A stretch of 64,000 nt of DNA from a virus. The notes beneath the pieces are model-generated. The model ran no database searches. It was not told the origin of the DNA and was given only the letters and a program-made list of their open reading frames with translations. Positions 9,846 to 19,896 of this stretch are shown piece after piece; the first letter of the stretch is position 1; each line of letters opens with the position of its first letter. A program made the position numbers and the translations under genes. The stretch lies in IMG/VR virus record IMGVR_UViG_3300009370_000003; one strand, given 5' to 3'.

Positions 9846-10257
9846 AGCCGTATACCTTATAGCAACCATTTTCTAGTTGCTCGTATCTCACATGAAGTGA
9901 GACAACCTTCTCTTCCTTTTCGATTTCATCGATTTCTGAGTCAACAGTTTTACCGATAATCTCTCCATATCTAGAGAAGTTTAAATCGAACTCACCTGAT
10001 TCGGTGAATTCTAACTCGGCATCTGCAGACTGCCGATTTAAACCTAATTGACTAAGTTTTGCAGCCATTTGTTCAACTGCTGCTTGTGGGTTCATGTATT
10101 CTGATACTGCAGTATGTCCCAATATTGCATTAACCTTAGCCTTGACATCTGCATCATCGATGTCGTGAGGAATTTGCTCTGAACTTAGTCCAGCTGTGTC
10201 ATGGTAATCCGAAGAACCATGCATTTCACTAATAAATGTTTTAAATGATTTTGTCAT
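9835..10257 (-). CDS. hypothetical protein, possible internal head protein
   Basis: N-terminus MTKSFKTFISE resembles T4 internal-protein capsid targeting sequence. Confidence 0.65.
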   Translation of the reverse strand: MTKSFKTFISEMHGSSDYHDTAGLSSEQIPHDIDDADVKAKVNAILGHTAVSEYMNPQAAVEQMAAKLSQLGLNRQSADAELEFTESGEFDLNFSRYGEIIGKTVDSEIDEIEKEEKVVSLHVRYEQLENGCYKVYGSLV

Positions 10258-10261
10258 AACC

Positions 10262-10525
10262 TTACTCTATGTTTGCGACACCTACTCCTAAAACTTCTGC
10301 GTTAGCTGCAAAGATTTCATCTGATTGGGTTTTCCCAACAATCTCAACAGCACCACTCTTTAGAGTAAATGTTCCGATTAATACACCTGCTGAGGTTTCT
10401 ACTGATATTAATCTATCAGTTGTTCCACTGTTGCACAGCCTAACCGCGGTAGATTTACCGAAGTTTGAGCCGTTCGTTGTGGAAGTTCCACATGCAGCTT
10501 CTGTGCCTAAAACTTTAACTTTCAT
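10262..10525 (-). CDS. probable virion structural protein
   Basis: small G/T/A-rich beta-type protein. Confidence 0.55.
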   Translation of the reverse strand: MKVKVLGTEAACGTSTTNGSNFGKSTAVRLCNSGTTDRLISVETSAGVLIGTFTLKSGAVEIVGKTQSDEIFAANAEVLGVGVANIE

Positions 10526-10539
10526 GATTTAACTTCCTA

Positions 10540-11118
10540 TTATGCTACTACTGTAATTGTTCCAGCAGTTGTTCCGATTCCAGCAGAAGAAGTAATGGTT
10601 GCGTTTCCACCACCAACTGTATCTACTATTGTTGAACCACCTGCGTGAGCTACAGCATTTGCACCAAAACTCAATACATCATCAGCATTAGTCGCAGCGT
10701 TTGCAGCTCCGATTGCTAATGAGAAAGTGAGTTGGTTAGTTGTTGAACCTGAAGCGTATACTAATACATGTGGGCCTCTACCTGATCCACTACCTTGGTT
10801 TCCGTTAGTAACGGATAAAGTAGGTGAACCTGTAACGGTAACAGCTTCGTTATAACTTACTGTTGCAGATAATGTTCCACCAGCACTCTTATCGAATTCT
10901 GTTGATACCCAATCTATAGCAGTAATGTCTGCTTGGCCAATATCTGTTGCAAGACCAGTATTACTTCCGACTGCTACTAAAAGTTCCTCTTGGGTTCTAG
11001 ACCCTACAACTTTTCTTAGCACCCAACCGGCTGCACTTGCAAATGTATTAGATTTATCTGTTGCTGATAAGTATTTTGGTTTTGCTTCATCAGCGTCTGA
11101 TACTCCCCATAATGCCAT
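10540..11118 (-). CDS. probable virion protein with Ig-like domain
   Basis: MALWG N-terminus; VSYNEAVTVTGSPTL, YASGS..NQLTF beta-sandwich pattern. Confidence 0.65.
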   Translation of the reverse strand: MALWGVSDADEAKPKYLSATDKSNTFASAAGWVLRKVVGSRTQEELLVAVGSNTGLATDIGQADITAIDWVSTEFDKSAGGTLSATVSYNEAVTVTGSPTLSVTNGNQGSGSGRGPHVLVYASGSTTNQLTFSLAIGAANAATNADDVLSFGANAVAHAGGSTIVDTVGGGNATITSSAGIGTTAGTITVVA

Positions 11119-11133
11119 TTTATTTTCCTCTCT

Positions 11134-11709
11134 TTATGATGCGACTTTTAAAATATCTTTAAAAGTCTTTTTAAATGATTTTGCGTCTTTTTGCAATAGT
11201 CTAGTGTATTTATCACGAATGGGAGCCTTAAGAGTCATTAAAGCGTCATGAACTTTGATTGCATCTTTATATTTGACTTTAATCTTTTTCATGTCGTCTG
11301 TTCTGACTTCATCATTCCTTTTCGTGTCAGTAAACTTCCTTAATTGCATTAACATGTTTGCATCAGGTCTTAATTGCATTCCCTGTGCTTTACTGTTAAA
11401 TGCATCGATAGCTCTATCTATTACTTCGTCTTCTTGAGCTTCAGAATATTTATTTCCTCCACCCATATTAGCAATTTTATCTATCTTTGCAAGAAGGTCT
11501 TTCTCGTTCTTTGCCTTTGCAACTGCTCGGGCAATCTTCTTATTACCAGCATCGGACATCATTCCGAAGTCTGCAGTCTTTTCCATAACTGCATTGACTA
11601 ACTTAGCGTCCTTTACATAACCTAACTTCTTTAACTTTTCCTTAAAGAGCTTAGTTCTAGCGTCTGTAGTAAGAATTTTTTGAACTTCTGCTGCCGTCAA
11701 CTTATCCAT
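11134..11709 (-). CDS. hypothetical basic protein
   Basis: K-rich ORF in late block. Confidence 0.65.
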   Translation of the reverse strand: MDKLTAAEVQKILTTDARTKLFKEKLKKLGYVKDAKLVNAVMEKTADFGMMSDAGNKKIARAVAKAKNEKDLLAKIDKIANMGGGNKYSEAQEDEVIDRAIDAFNSKAQGMQLRPDANMLMQLRKFTDTKRNDEVRTDDMKKIKVKYKDAIKVHDALMTLKAPIRDKYTRLLQKDAKSFKKTFKDILKVAS

Positions 11710-11718
11710 GGTAGTTCC

Positions 11719-13512
11719 CTACTTGTATAAGTGTCCACCGTGATATGCACGAGGATATTTAGCAACATAGTCTATGTATCTTTGGTCTGTGACATTACCT
11801 CTTGCCCCTTTTGCTGGTGCTTTCCAGCCGGCTGGTTTAAATATGTCACCTGTTTCTATTTCTATAAATGCATGGATAGAACCTGCTCTGCCCATTTCAT
11901 GTTCTTCAACACGGTAATATTTACTAGCCTTTCTGGCTACTATTTTGGTTCCTCTTTCTTTATGCATCTTTGCAAACTCACCACTGTTGATCTGTTTGTT
12001 AATGGCATCTTCATACTTCTTAACACCATCTTCAATAGAATGGTCAGATTGCACTCCACCAGTCATTGTTGATGGTAATACTGGTGCTTCTTGGATACTC
12101 TGTATGGGTTTTTCCTCCCCAGCTTTCCAACTCTCTTCCTGTAAACTCATATTTCTGAAAGAATCCATAACATTTAACTGTTCTTGGTAAGGATAGCCCT
12201 TTTTCTTAAGTGGATTTTGGAATTTCTTTGCACCTAATGAATCGTCGCCTTCACTAATTGATTCTTCTTTAAATAAAGCACCGATATCTCCGCCTGAAAC
12301 ATAATCTGGCAACATTTTTTCTAAATCATTATGAGTGACTTTTTTCATCTTCTTAACTTTAGAAGCAAACCCTTTCATTGTTTTGGACTTCATCATCTTC
12401 TTAGCAATGTCTTGGCCATTATGAGGTGTGTCCATAGGGTCTTTCTTCTCAACGACTTTTCTTTGGTCTTTTTCTGCAACTCTTCGTCTTGCACCGTCTT
12501 TAGATATCCACTCGTTTTGTTCGTCTTCCTCTTTCATGCCCATAACTTTATGTGCAAGTTTAACTAGAGTTTCTAGAGGTGCCTTTTCGATTTTCTTTTT
12601 GTTTGAATCGTTGACTTTATCGTATGCTTTTACTACAACACTTGCAGTAAACATGTCAACCATGGTTCCTTTAATCTTTTGTGCTTGTTTGTTTTTAACT
12701 ATGTCTTGCATTACTGCAAATGCAGAAGCTTCCATTAAAGTTTTTCCGTCACCATAATCAAAACTGTTGTATTGAATCAATGATAACTTAGGCATATTCA
12801 TTAGTCTTCTTCCAGTAGACATTATCTTTCTCATACTATTGAGAACTTTATCAACATCTTTTTCTTTACCAACTACTATGAATGAGTCATTACCAACTAT
12901 TCCACCATGTTTCATTGGGCCATTATATCCTAATAGTCCTTTCTTTGCAGCTGCCTTTAACATTTTCTCTGCTTTTTCAGGGTCAGAAGAATTGAATTGA
13001 ATCTTAACTAATTGGTCTAGGAAAGGTTCTGCTCCTTCGGGAAGGGTATTATCTAACCACTGGTCAAATTCATCAGGGTCGTCTGTTTTGATTTCACCAT
13101 TTTTGATTGCCCAGTATGCAAATGCCATTGCAGCGTCTTGTGATAGACCTTTATTGTTGTTGTAATTCTTAATATCCTTTTTAAACATTTGGAATAATTG
13201 TTTGAGGGATTTTCCTTCATTGATTTCATAAGATTCGTTTGCATACTTCAATGCAAATTTAACTTCTTTGGAGTTTCTTACCTTTTTTCCGTAGAACTTT
13301 TGAATTTCTTTTCCAGCGACATCCATTGCTCCACCAAGGTCTAATGCAACCTCGACAGCCTTTCTAATTTCAGGGTCTTTAACTTTGTATTTACGGAAAT
13401 ATGCAGAAACTTCTTTACCCGAGAGTTTTGATTTACCCATAGGCCCTAGAGCATCGACTTTACCGTCTTTGTCTAGAATTTTTCTTTCTTTTAGGTCTTG
13501 CCAGATATTCAT
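11719..13512 (-). CDS. multi-domain hypothetical protein, possible internal-head polyprotein
   Basis: basic modules separated by acidic (I/L/V/M)xE linkers; C-terminal SIHAFIEIETGDIFKPAGWKAPAK module. Confidence 0.7.
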   Translation of the reverse strand: MNIWQDLKERKILDKDGKVDALGPMGKSKLSGKEVSAYFRKYKVKDPEIRKAVEVALDLGGAMDVAGKEIQKFYGKKVRNSKEVKFALKYANESYEINEGKSLKQLFQMFKKDIKNYNNNKGLSQDAAMAFAYWAIKNGEIKTDDPDEFDQWLDNTLPEGAEPFLDQLVKIQFNSSDPEKAEKMLKAAAKKGLLGYNGPMKHGGIVGNDSFIVVGKEKDVDKVLNSMRKIMSTGRRLMNMPKLSLIQYNSFDYGDGKTLMEASAFAVMQDIVKNKQAQKIKGTMVDMFTASVVVKAYDKVNDSNKKKIEKAPLETLVKLAHKVMGMKEEDEQNEWISKDGARRRVAEKDQRKVVEKKDPMDTPHNGQDIAKKMMKSKTMKGFASKVKKMKKVTHNDLEKMLPDYVSGGDIGALFKEESISEGDDSLGAKKFQNPLKKKGYPYQEQLNVMDSFRNMSLQEESWKAGEEKPIQSIQEAPVLPSTMTGGVQSDHSIEDGVKKYEDAINKQINSGEFAKMHKERGTKIVARKASKYYRVEEHEMGRAGSIHAFIEIETGDIFKPAGWKAPAKGARGNVTDQRYIDYVAKYPRAYHGGHLYK

Positions 13513-13521
13513 AGGGGTCTC

Positions 13522-14181
13522 CTAGTATCCGAACATCATATCGAATAGTTCAGGGTCATGTTTGTCTATGATTTGACCAATTTCTTCTCTAGGCATTGTT
13601 TCCATACCCATGAATAATTTGTCCATCAATTTGATAGACCTCTTACTAAGGATTTCCATGTCATCATACATTTCTGTCTCGATGCCTTTCTTGAATTCCT
13701 TAATAAATTGTTCGATCTCTTTAGTATCAAACCCTTCTTTCTTCTCTCTCTTTAAGATTTTGGTAGTATCTTGAACTATTTTATTTGCTTTCGGGGATTT
13801 GTATTTGCCTTTCTTAGCTTCATCTAAAGACTCGTCTTTTGTCCAATTCTTTTCAATGTAGTTATAGAATTCTTTTTCTTTATCACCTTTAAGTTCTGAT
13901 GGAGAACTAACACCAAACTTTTTCAGTGCAGCTTTAAAGAACTTTTGATATGCAGACTGGTCATCTTCTTCGATGCCCAATTTCTTCATTTCTTTTCCGA
14001 TTTTCTTATCGATTTTTAGGACTGATGCAGAAGTAGGTTTTTGACCATCTCCTATTAGTCTAGCTTTTTGTAGTAATAGGTCTGAATATTTAAGGTATTT
14101 ACCTTCATTCATTTCTTCTTGATATAGTAAGAGCTCCTTAACGGAATCAACTAATCCAGCTGGTAAATCTTTTATACTCAT
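13522..14181 (-). CDS. hypothetical protein, possible internal head protein
   Basis: YQKFFKAALKKFGVSSPSEL module with acidic linkers. Confidence 0.65.
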   Translation of the reverse strand: MSIKDLPAGLVDSVKELLLYQEEMNEGKYLKYSDLLLQKARLIGDGQKPTSASVLKIDKKIGKEMKKLGIEEDDQSAYQKFFKAALKKFGVSSPSELKGDKEKEFYNYIEKNWTKDESLDEAKKGKYKSPKANKIVQDTTKILKREKKEGFDTKEIEQFIKEFKKGIETEMYDDMEILSKRSIKLMDKLFMGMETMPREEIGQIIDKHDPELFDMMFGY

Positions 14182-14606
14182 TGTTGGAGTTCTCCTTTCT
14201 CAAAGTAGTTAAACATTTTCTGTTTACCTTCTTCATTGAGCTTTAATTGCTTTGCAAGACGGCCTAACATGTTTCTTTCTGTTAGTTTTTCGATAGTCTT
14301 TTCAACTGAAACTTTTTCTTCTTTTACTTGTTTATCAACACCGTCTGAATCAGGGTCAATACCGTCTGAATCTTTGTCGATTTCTTCTTCAACAGACTCT
14401 TCTTGTGCTTCTGCAACGATTTCCTGACCACATGACTCACATGTTTCGGGTTTTTCAGCTGCTTCAGCAAATGCAGTCTTTAACTCTTCTTCGATTTGAT
14501 CGTTTAAAATATCGTCTGCACTTTTCTCTACTGAACCTTCTTTTAGTGCGACATGATTTCTAACTTGTGCTAGTTTATCTTTCCAGTTTTCTGATTTGAA
14601 TGTCAT
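14178..14606 (-). CDS. hypothetical acidic protein
   Basis: acidic ORF with one CESC motif. Confidence 0.6.
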   Translation of the reverse strand: MTFKSENWKDKLAQVRNHVALKEGSVEKSADDILNDQIEEELKTAFAEAAEKPETCESCGQEIVAEAQEESVEEEIDKDSDGIDPDSDGVDKQVKEEKVSVEKTIEKLTERNMLGRLAKQLKLNEEGKQKMFNYFEKGELQQ

Positions 14607-14617
14607 AACAGTATTAT

Positions 14618-14896
14618 TTATATAATCTCCAACCTAACGACAAGATTTCCTTGACCTTTAAGGACACGGTAAAACTTGTTTTTAGGAATATTATATTGTT
14701 TTCCTATCTCCATGATTACTGGTTGGTCTTCACCTATCTGTAATTCCCAACCGTTGCTTGTAAATACTCTAACTCTTTTAGTGTCCTTTTCTTTAAACCA
14801 TAAGTCATCACATTCGTTTTCGAAAGTTCTAATTGTATAGGACTGGTTTGTCCCATGTTTTATAAAGCTCTCTTCTGTATATGGTTTCATGGTCAC
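14618..14896 (-). CDS. hypothetical cupin-like protein
   Basis: GWELQ...IPKNKFYRVLKG pattern; CTAAATA upstream. Confidence 0.55.
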   Translation of the reverse strand: MTMKPYTEESFIKHGTNQSYTIRTFENECDDLWFKEKDTKRVRVFTSNGWELQIGEDQPVIMEIGKQYNIPKNKFYRVLKGQGNLVVRLEII

Positions 14897-14914
14897 TAAA
14901 GTATTTAGTGTGGT

Positions 14915-15523
14915 CTATTTTACCTCTATATCCTCATTGTATGGATAGTCCTTTAAAGGATTGCCAAATACTTGAGAAAAATGTTTCTTAACCTTGTTCT
15001 TTTGTTCTTGAAAGAATTTTGTTTGCACTTCTATATACTCGTCCATGTCTTGGCCGGGCGTATCTTCTTGATAGGCTTTTCTTATCTCGTCTGTTCCCAT
15101 CTCATGGACTCCGTTATCGTGTTTATTACCGTATGATTCCCACCTCTTTCTAAGACCTTCGTCCTTCTTTTTCTTTTTCATTGTGGGAGGCATTGATATA
15201 CTTGGCCCTGTGGAATTCATTGGTGCTTCTTCTACCATATCACCTTCTTTACTTGAGGTGACCCATACCCTAGACCCTTTGGTCTCGTTATGTAGTTTCA
15301 GCATGTCTTCTTTAGACCCTGTTTTAACTACTTTGTTATCTACAACTAATGCATAGGTTATCTCATCAGAAGTTTTACCTATTGCGTCTTCACCTACTTT
15401 GATAGTTTTTGACTCTTTTTTAAATTGTTTCCAAAAGGCAGCTCTTACTTTTTTAGATATCCTTGCTCTACCTTCCCAATCAGAAGACCTCTGTTTCAAT
15501 CTATTTTCTCCAAATGACTTCAT
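14915..15523 (-). CDS. hypothetical protein
   Basis: ORF with E(M)GTD..RKAYQEDTPGQ motif. Confidence 0.6.
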   Translation of the reverse strand: MKSFGENRLKQRSSDWEGRARISKKVRAAFWKQFKKESKTIKVGEDAIGKTSDEITYALVVDNKVVKTGSKEDMLKLHNETKGSRVWVTSSKEGDMVEEAPMNSTGPSISMPPTMKKKKKDEGLRKRWESYGNKHDNGVHEMGTDEIRKAYQEDTPGQDMDEYIEVQTKFFQEQKNKVKKHFSQVFGNPLKDYPYNEDIEVK

Positions 15524-15849
15524 TCTATTTCCTCATGTTCGTCCACATGATCATCAAATTCTTCTTGTAATTTCTTAACATCGTCTTGTAGATATTCAAT
15601 ATTTAAATCTTGAACGGCATCATCAGGTAAAGCTCCCAGCTCACCTCTTGGCCATTTGATTCTAAATTCTTCATTCATTTCCACTGCATCTTGCATACGA
15701 ATTACATCTAACTGTAACTGAGCTATTTGACCTGTTAATGTGAAATAGACTCCAGCTATAGATAATATTACAGCAAGTATTCCTATTAGACTTTTTACAT
15801 CTATAGTTACTTGACTATTTTCTGTTATCGGTTTTACCTTGGGGCTCAT
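15520..15849 (-). CDS. single-TM membrane protein
   Basis: LIGILAVILSIAGVYFTL helix followed by coiled coil. Confidence 0.65.
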   Translation of the reverse strand: MSPKVKPITENSQVTIDVKSLIGILAVILSIAGVYFTLTGQIAQLQLDVIRMQDAVEMNEEFRIKWPRGELGALPDDAVQDLNIEYLQDDVKKLQEEFDDHVDEHEEIE

Positions 15850-16595
15850 TGTGCGTCCTTCCATGCAGCGAATGCCATTTGTCTAATCTTCTTATCAGAC
15901 TTACCTTTGAATTGTGGTGCGTCTGATTTCCTAAAATCTTTTATGTAATCTCCAACATCTGCATCTGCACCTAATGCCTCTGTTACTTTAAGTCCCAATT
16001 TCTTTTGATACTTATTAATCTGTTTTAATATTTTCTTTTTCTCGTTCTTATTCTTTGTATTAAGATACTTCTGCATAAGGTCAATCATTGCATCAGAATC
16101 GATACCTTCATTAACTTCTTCGTTCTGTGCAGCTTTTCTAGCGGATTCTCTCTCTGCTTCTATTGCCTTATTCTGTGCTTCTTTTTCTTTATCTAATGCA
16201 ATCTTCTCGTTTTCTCTTTCATGTCTCTCTTTCATAGCATCCATTTCTTCCACTTGTTTTCTCTTAAGTGCTTCCATTTCCTCTACTTGTTGTGCTTTTA
16301 ACTTTGCAGCTCTAACAGCAGCGTCTTCTTCGTTAAGTATTTCTTCGGTAAGGTTATCACCAAACTTAAGGAATAGTTTTCCTTGCTCTTGTTTCTTGTC
16401 TGTGACTTTGAAGTTAATCATTGCACCAATAGTATTAATATCTGCAATACCCCTCTCTCTATTCTTTTGAAAACTTTTCGTGAGTTTCTTTCCAAGGGTC
16501 TCCAAAAGAAACTTAAGAATCTTATTCCATTCCATAACAAGCTTACCCTCGTCTAAAGGGTTTTTGAACTCTTCTCTGTATCTTTTAGTAGCCAT
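15846..16595 (-). CDS. hypothetical protein, possible internal head protein
   Basis: coiled coil plus C-terminal YIKDFRKSDAPQFKGKS module; ATAAATA upstream. Confidence 0.65.
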   Translation of the reverse strand: MATKRYREEFKNPLDEGKLVMEWNKILKFLLETLGKKLTKSFQKNRERGIADINTIGAMINFKVTDKKQEQGKLFLKFGDNLTEEILNEEDAAVRAAKLKAQQVEEMEALKRKQVEEMDAMKERHERENEKIALDKEKEAQNKAIEAERESARKAAQNEEVNEGIDSDAMIDLMQKYLNTKNKNEKKKILKQINKYQKKLGLKVTEALGADADVGDYIKDFRKSDAPQFKGKSDKKIRQMAFAAWKDAQ

Positions 16596-16599
16596 AATA

Positions 16600-17889
16600 C
16601 TATTTATCCCCTTTCTTCCTTAATAACATGCGTTCACGCCATTTCAGTGCAAGTTTGTTTGAGGGAAACTTAGAAGTCCATGTCATTAATTTACCATATA
16701 ATGTGTTTGCTTTCTTATCTAAAGAAGCTAGGTCATCGTCATTCTTAATCTCTATGAAATCCTTTTTGAATATAGATTTATATTCGGCTGCATTCTTTTG
16801 TGCAGCGTCCCAGTCACCTTTAACAATTTCGGGTGGGAGTTTTCTTGCACGAAGTTGATTTCTTTTCTGTGCATTGTCGAGACTTGCATTTACAAATACC
16901 ATTTTGTATTCGTATCCTAACTTATCTAATAGTTTCTTATATCCTTTAATTTTAGATGATCTTGCACTGGTAGTATCAAAGATTAATCCTAACCTTCCAC
17001 CAATATAACTTTCTAAACTTTTCTTTGTAATTGCTTTTGCCTTTGCACGAATTGGGTCACGAAGGGCAGCGTCCATATCTCTTAAATCGAGACTAAGTCC
17101 AGCCTTCTTAAGTCCATTCTCAAATGCTTTATCAGTGTTGACCATTCTTAGTCCTAGTGCTTTCAGAGCTAACTTCTTAACAACTGCAGATTTACCACTG
17201 CCCGGCCCACCTGATAGGAATACTGCTTTGAATATACCTTGGTCATATACTCCTTCTTTAACTAAGTCTTCTAGGATATATGTGGGTAGGACTCCTTCAT
17301 TGATTCCCATACCCTTTCTAATTGCTTTGTATAGTGCCTCTTGGTCTCTCTTATTCTTAGAAGGGACTCCTTGTTTAAAGTTATCAAAGTCATCGTCTTC
17401 TGCATATGCTCTCATTTTACTTGCAGACATTCCTGATACATCATCTGCGTCAGGGTCACGCTCTCCAGCTGATACAATGTTAATTGATTTGAAGTTATAA
17501 AACCCGTGTCTTGCTTTTACATTATTGTATTTTGTTATAAGGTTCTGAAATTCTTTTACTCTATCTGAACCGACAACCATGTTAATTGAACTATATCCTT
17601 TTTCATGTAAGAAATTACAAATGTCAAATACAGTTCTTATAGCTGAATCATTAATCATAACTTTCTTACCAAAGAACTTCTTAAGATATTTTATCTTGTC
17701 TTTGTGTGTAAGAGGATTCTTTTTCTTATCATTAGAATGAGAAGTAAATAACATAATGTCATCTGCTCTAACCTTTCTTAGTTTCTCTACTAATTTTGCG
17801 TGTCCTGTGGTGGGTGGATTAAAGCGACCAAAAGTGAATGTCACACTTTTATCTTTTGCTTCTGTTAGCCATTTACCAAATTGTTTCAT
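16600..17889 (-). CDS. HIGH-type nucleotidyltransferase ('cytidyltransferase') fused to P-loop kinase
   Basis: FGRFNPPTTGH, VGSDR, GMSASKMR; then GGPGSGKS Walker A and LIFDTT. Confidence 0.85.
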   Translation of the reverse strand: MKQFGKWLTEAKDKSVTFTFGRFNPPTTGHAKLVEKLRKVRADDIMLFTSHSNDKKKNPLTHKDKIKYLKKFFGKKVMINDSAIRTVFDICNFLHEKGYSSINMVVGSDRVKEFQNLITKYNNVKARHGFYNFKSINIVSAGERDPDADDVSGMSASKMRAYAEDDDFDNFKQGVPSKNKRDQEALYKAIRKGMGINEGVLPTYILEDLVKEGVYDQGIFKAVFLSGGPGSGKSAVVKKLALKALGLRMVNTDKAFENGLKKAGLSLDLRDMDAALRDPIRAKAKAITKKSLESYIGGRLGLIFDTTSARSSKIKGYKKLLDKLGYEYKMVFVNASLDNAQKRNQLRARKLPPEIVKGDWDAAQKNAAEYKSIFKKDFIEIKNDDDLASLDKKANTLYGKLMTWTSKFPSNKLALKWRERMLLRKKGDK

Positions 17890-18629
17890 ACGCCCTCCAT
17901 GATTAATGTAGGGTGAAAATCTTGTTTAAAAAACATGTTATATTTTCTAAAATTTGCTCTGACTATTCCTCTTTTATGAAAAAAGAATGCAAAAATACTT
18001 TTAAAGGTTTTCCCTTTCCATAGTTGTTTATCGTGTTTTAACATCATAAGTGAAATAACAAATGCAGTATAAAAGAGACCTAAACTTTTCCTTAACATGA
18101 TTCTCTTTCTTGATTTTGAATCTCCTGACACCTGATTATAAACATCAAATGCAACTGACTTGTGTTCGATTTCTTCTGTAGCATGCCATTCCCAAAGTTT
18201 TGCTACGGGATTTTTATTATAACGGGAAAGGTTTAAATAATAATAACTCTGTAATGCAGTTAAGTGTTCCATGCCTACAGTGGTTGCTAACTTAGTAAGT
18301 TTATCTTCATTTGCAAAGAGTCTTTGATATTTCTTTTCAAATTTTTCTTGGTCATATCCTCTAAGGTCACATAATAGTTTATTATACTTTGTATGTTCTC
18401 GAATATGCATGGCTTCTTGTTTGCAAAAGAGGTCTATATCTTTTAATAATTTTTTGTCTGTAATATCATTTCTGTATGCTCTTACTGACGCAATAAATGA
18501 TTTCTCACCTTCGGGAAAACTAAGACTTATTGCATTATAGAATGCAGTGAAAAATTTATTATTAAAATTCCAATCCTTTAATAACCAATCTTCTAAATCA
18601 AACTTCATGTCTCTAACTACCATTGTCAT
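17886..18629 (-). CDS. ferritin-like diiron protein ('metal-dependent hydrolase' family)
   Basis: FPEGE..F, QEAMH..EH, MEHLTA, WHATEEIEHKSVAFDVY. Confidence 0.85.
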   Translation of the reverse strand: MTMVVRDMKFDLEDWLLKDWNFNNKFFTAFYNAISLSFPEGEKSFIASVRAYRNDITDKKLLKDIDLFCKQEAMHIREHTKYNKLLCDLRGYDQEKFEKKYQRLFANEDKLTKLATTVGMEHLTALQSYYYLNLSRYNKNPVAKLWEWHATEEIEHKSVAFDVYNQVSGDSKSRKRIMLRKSLGLFYTAFVISLMMLKHDKQLWKGKTFKSIFAFFFHKRGIVRANFRKYNMFFKQDFHPTLIMEGV

Positions 18630-19838
18630 TTACTTGTCCCAACTCTTGATTGCAGTAAAGTTATTATAGGCAAACTCCATTCTGTCAACGAGTTTAACTG
18701 CTTTGCCTTTCCTATCGATTGCAACATAACCTTCGGGGTTGACAACTTCAAACCCAGTTGCAGTCTTTTTAAAGGTTCCTATGCTCTTTACTCTATTTAG
18801 GGCAACGATAATAATCTGCTTTGCTATAACCAACTGTTCCATGAACTTGGTAAGGTTGGTTATGAATTTTTTAAGTGAAAGTAGTTCGCTGAATATTTGT
18901 TCACCAATTTCTCTTTTAATTTCTTTTGTCTTTTCCATTTTAACTTTACCAACTACTTTATCTCTCCAGTAGTTTTCAAAATGTTTTAAATACCCGTCAG
19001 CTGTGGGTTTATAATTACCAGCACGGATTAATGAATTTGTGTATGTTTTATATGAAGCACCAGCAGCTCCCTTTGCACCCATAGCAGTTTGTAATTCCTG
19101 AAACTTTTTCAAGTCATTCTTCTTGATACCATGAAATGCTTTACCTACTAGAGATAATGTTTTACTTAATTTAACACTCTCCTTTGCAGTCATAGTAGAA
19201 TTACCACTCACATCTTTATAGGTTGCATCGTCAACCCACACATCATTATTGTGTCCTAGTTTAGATATATTTGCACCAAAAGAAGCACCAAGGTCTTCTA
19301 TGGTTGAACCTGTATATGAGGTATGAAATACTATGCCTAGTTTTGCATTTGCAATCTTAGCTCCTAGGTCTGACTCTATGTCTACTGCATAAAGAATAGT
19401 ATTGGGTTGGAATGTAACATAAGATTTACCGTCTATTGTCTGCATTTTCTTATCAGAAGAGGTAAACATTAGGTCACCTTGTAGTATCTTGTCAAATGAT
19501 AACTTTGAAAGATACTTAAAGGATTGTAGGAACTTATCTTGTAGGTCACCCGAGAGTTCAGGTGCGTCTTTTATTGCTTTTTCAGAAGTGTAATGTAGTT
19601 GTTGTTTGGTGAATAATGATTTCTTTGCAACAAAGAATTGTCCAGTCTCGGGGTGTTTGCCTGCCCAAATTGCTGGAGCTCCGTCCCATTTTACAGTCAT
19701 GTTGACTTTACTATTGGAATTCCCTTTCATCATGTCTCTAAGACCTTGAAGAAAGTTTATTGCACCACGACCACCATCAATACCTTGATTGATAATTTCG
19801 TCTTCTAAATGCTCTAAATGTAGATTTTTCGCTGCCAT
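18630..19838 (-). CDS. conserved T4-like protein with ligase-type KxDG motif
   Basis: TVKWDGAP, ILQGDLMF, PEGYV, KLVDR resemble covalent nucleotidyltransferase motifs I, III, IV, V. Confidence 0.7.
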   Translation of the reverse strand: MAAKNLHLEHLEDEIINQGIDGGRGAINFLQGLRDMMKGNSNSKVNMTVKWDGAPAIWAGKHPETGQFFVAKKSLFTKQQLHYTSEKAIKDAPELSGDLQDKFLQSFKYLSKLSFDKILQGDLMFTSSDKKMQTIDGKSYVTFQPNTILYAVDIESDLGAKIANAKLGIVFHTSYTGSTIEDLGASFGANISKLGHNNDVWVDDATYKDVSGNSTMTAKESVKLSKTLSLVGKAFHGIKKNDLKKFQELQTAMGAKGAAGASYKTYTNSLIRAGNYKPTADGYLKHFENYWRDKVVGKVKMEKTKEIKREIGEQIFSELLSLKKFITNLTKFMEQLVIAKQIIIVALNRVKSIGTFKKTATGFEVVNPEGYVAIDRKGKAVKLVDRMEFAYNNFTAIKSWDK

Positions 19839-19896
19839 AATAGTATTCTATCACAAATGTTGTGGAATACTACTATTTATGCTTTTTTATAATTTA

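Noticed and set aside
16600-17260. Zeta toxin / toxin-antitoxin system
   Set aside because: Only a generic P-loop kinase motif is visible, fused to a nucleotidyltransferase, with no antitoxin candidate
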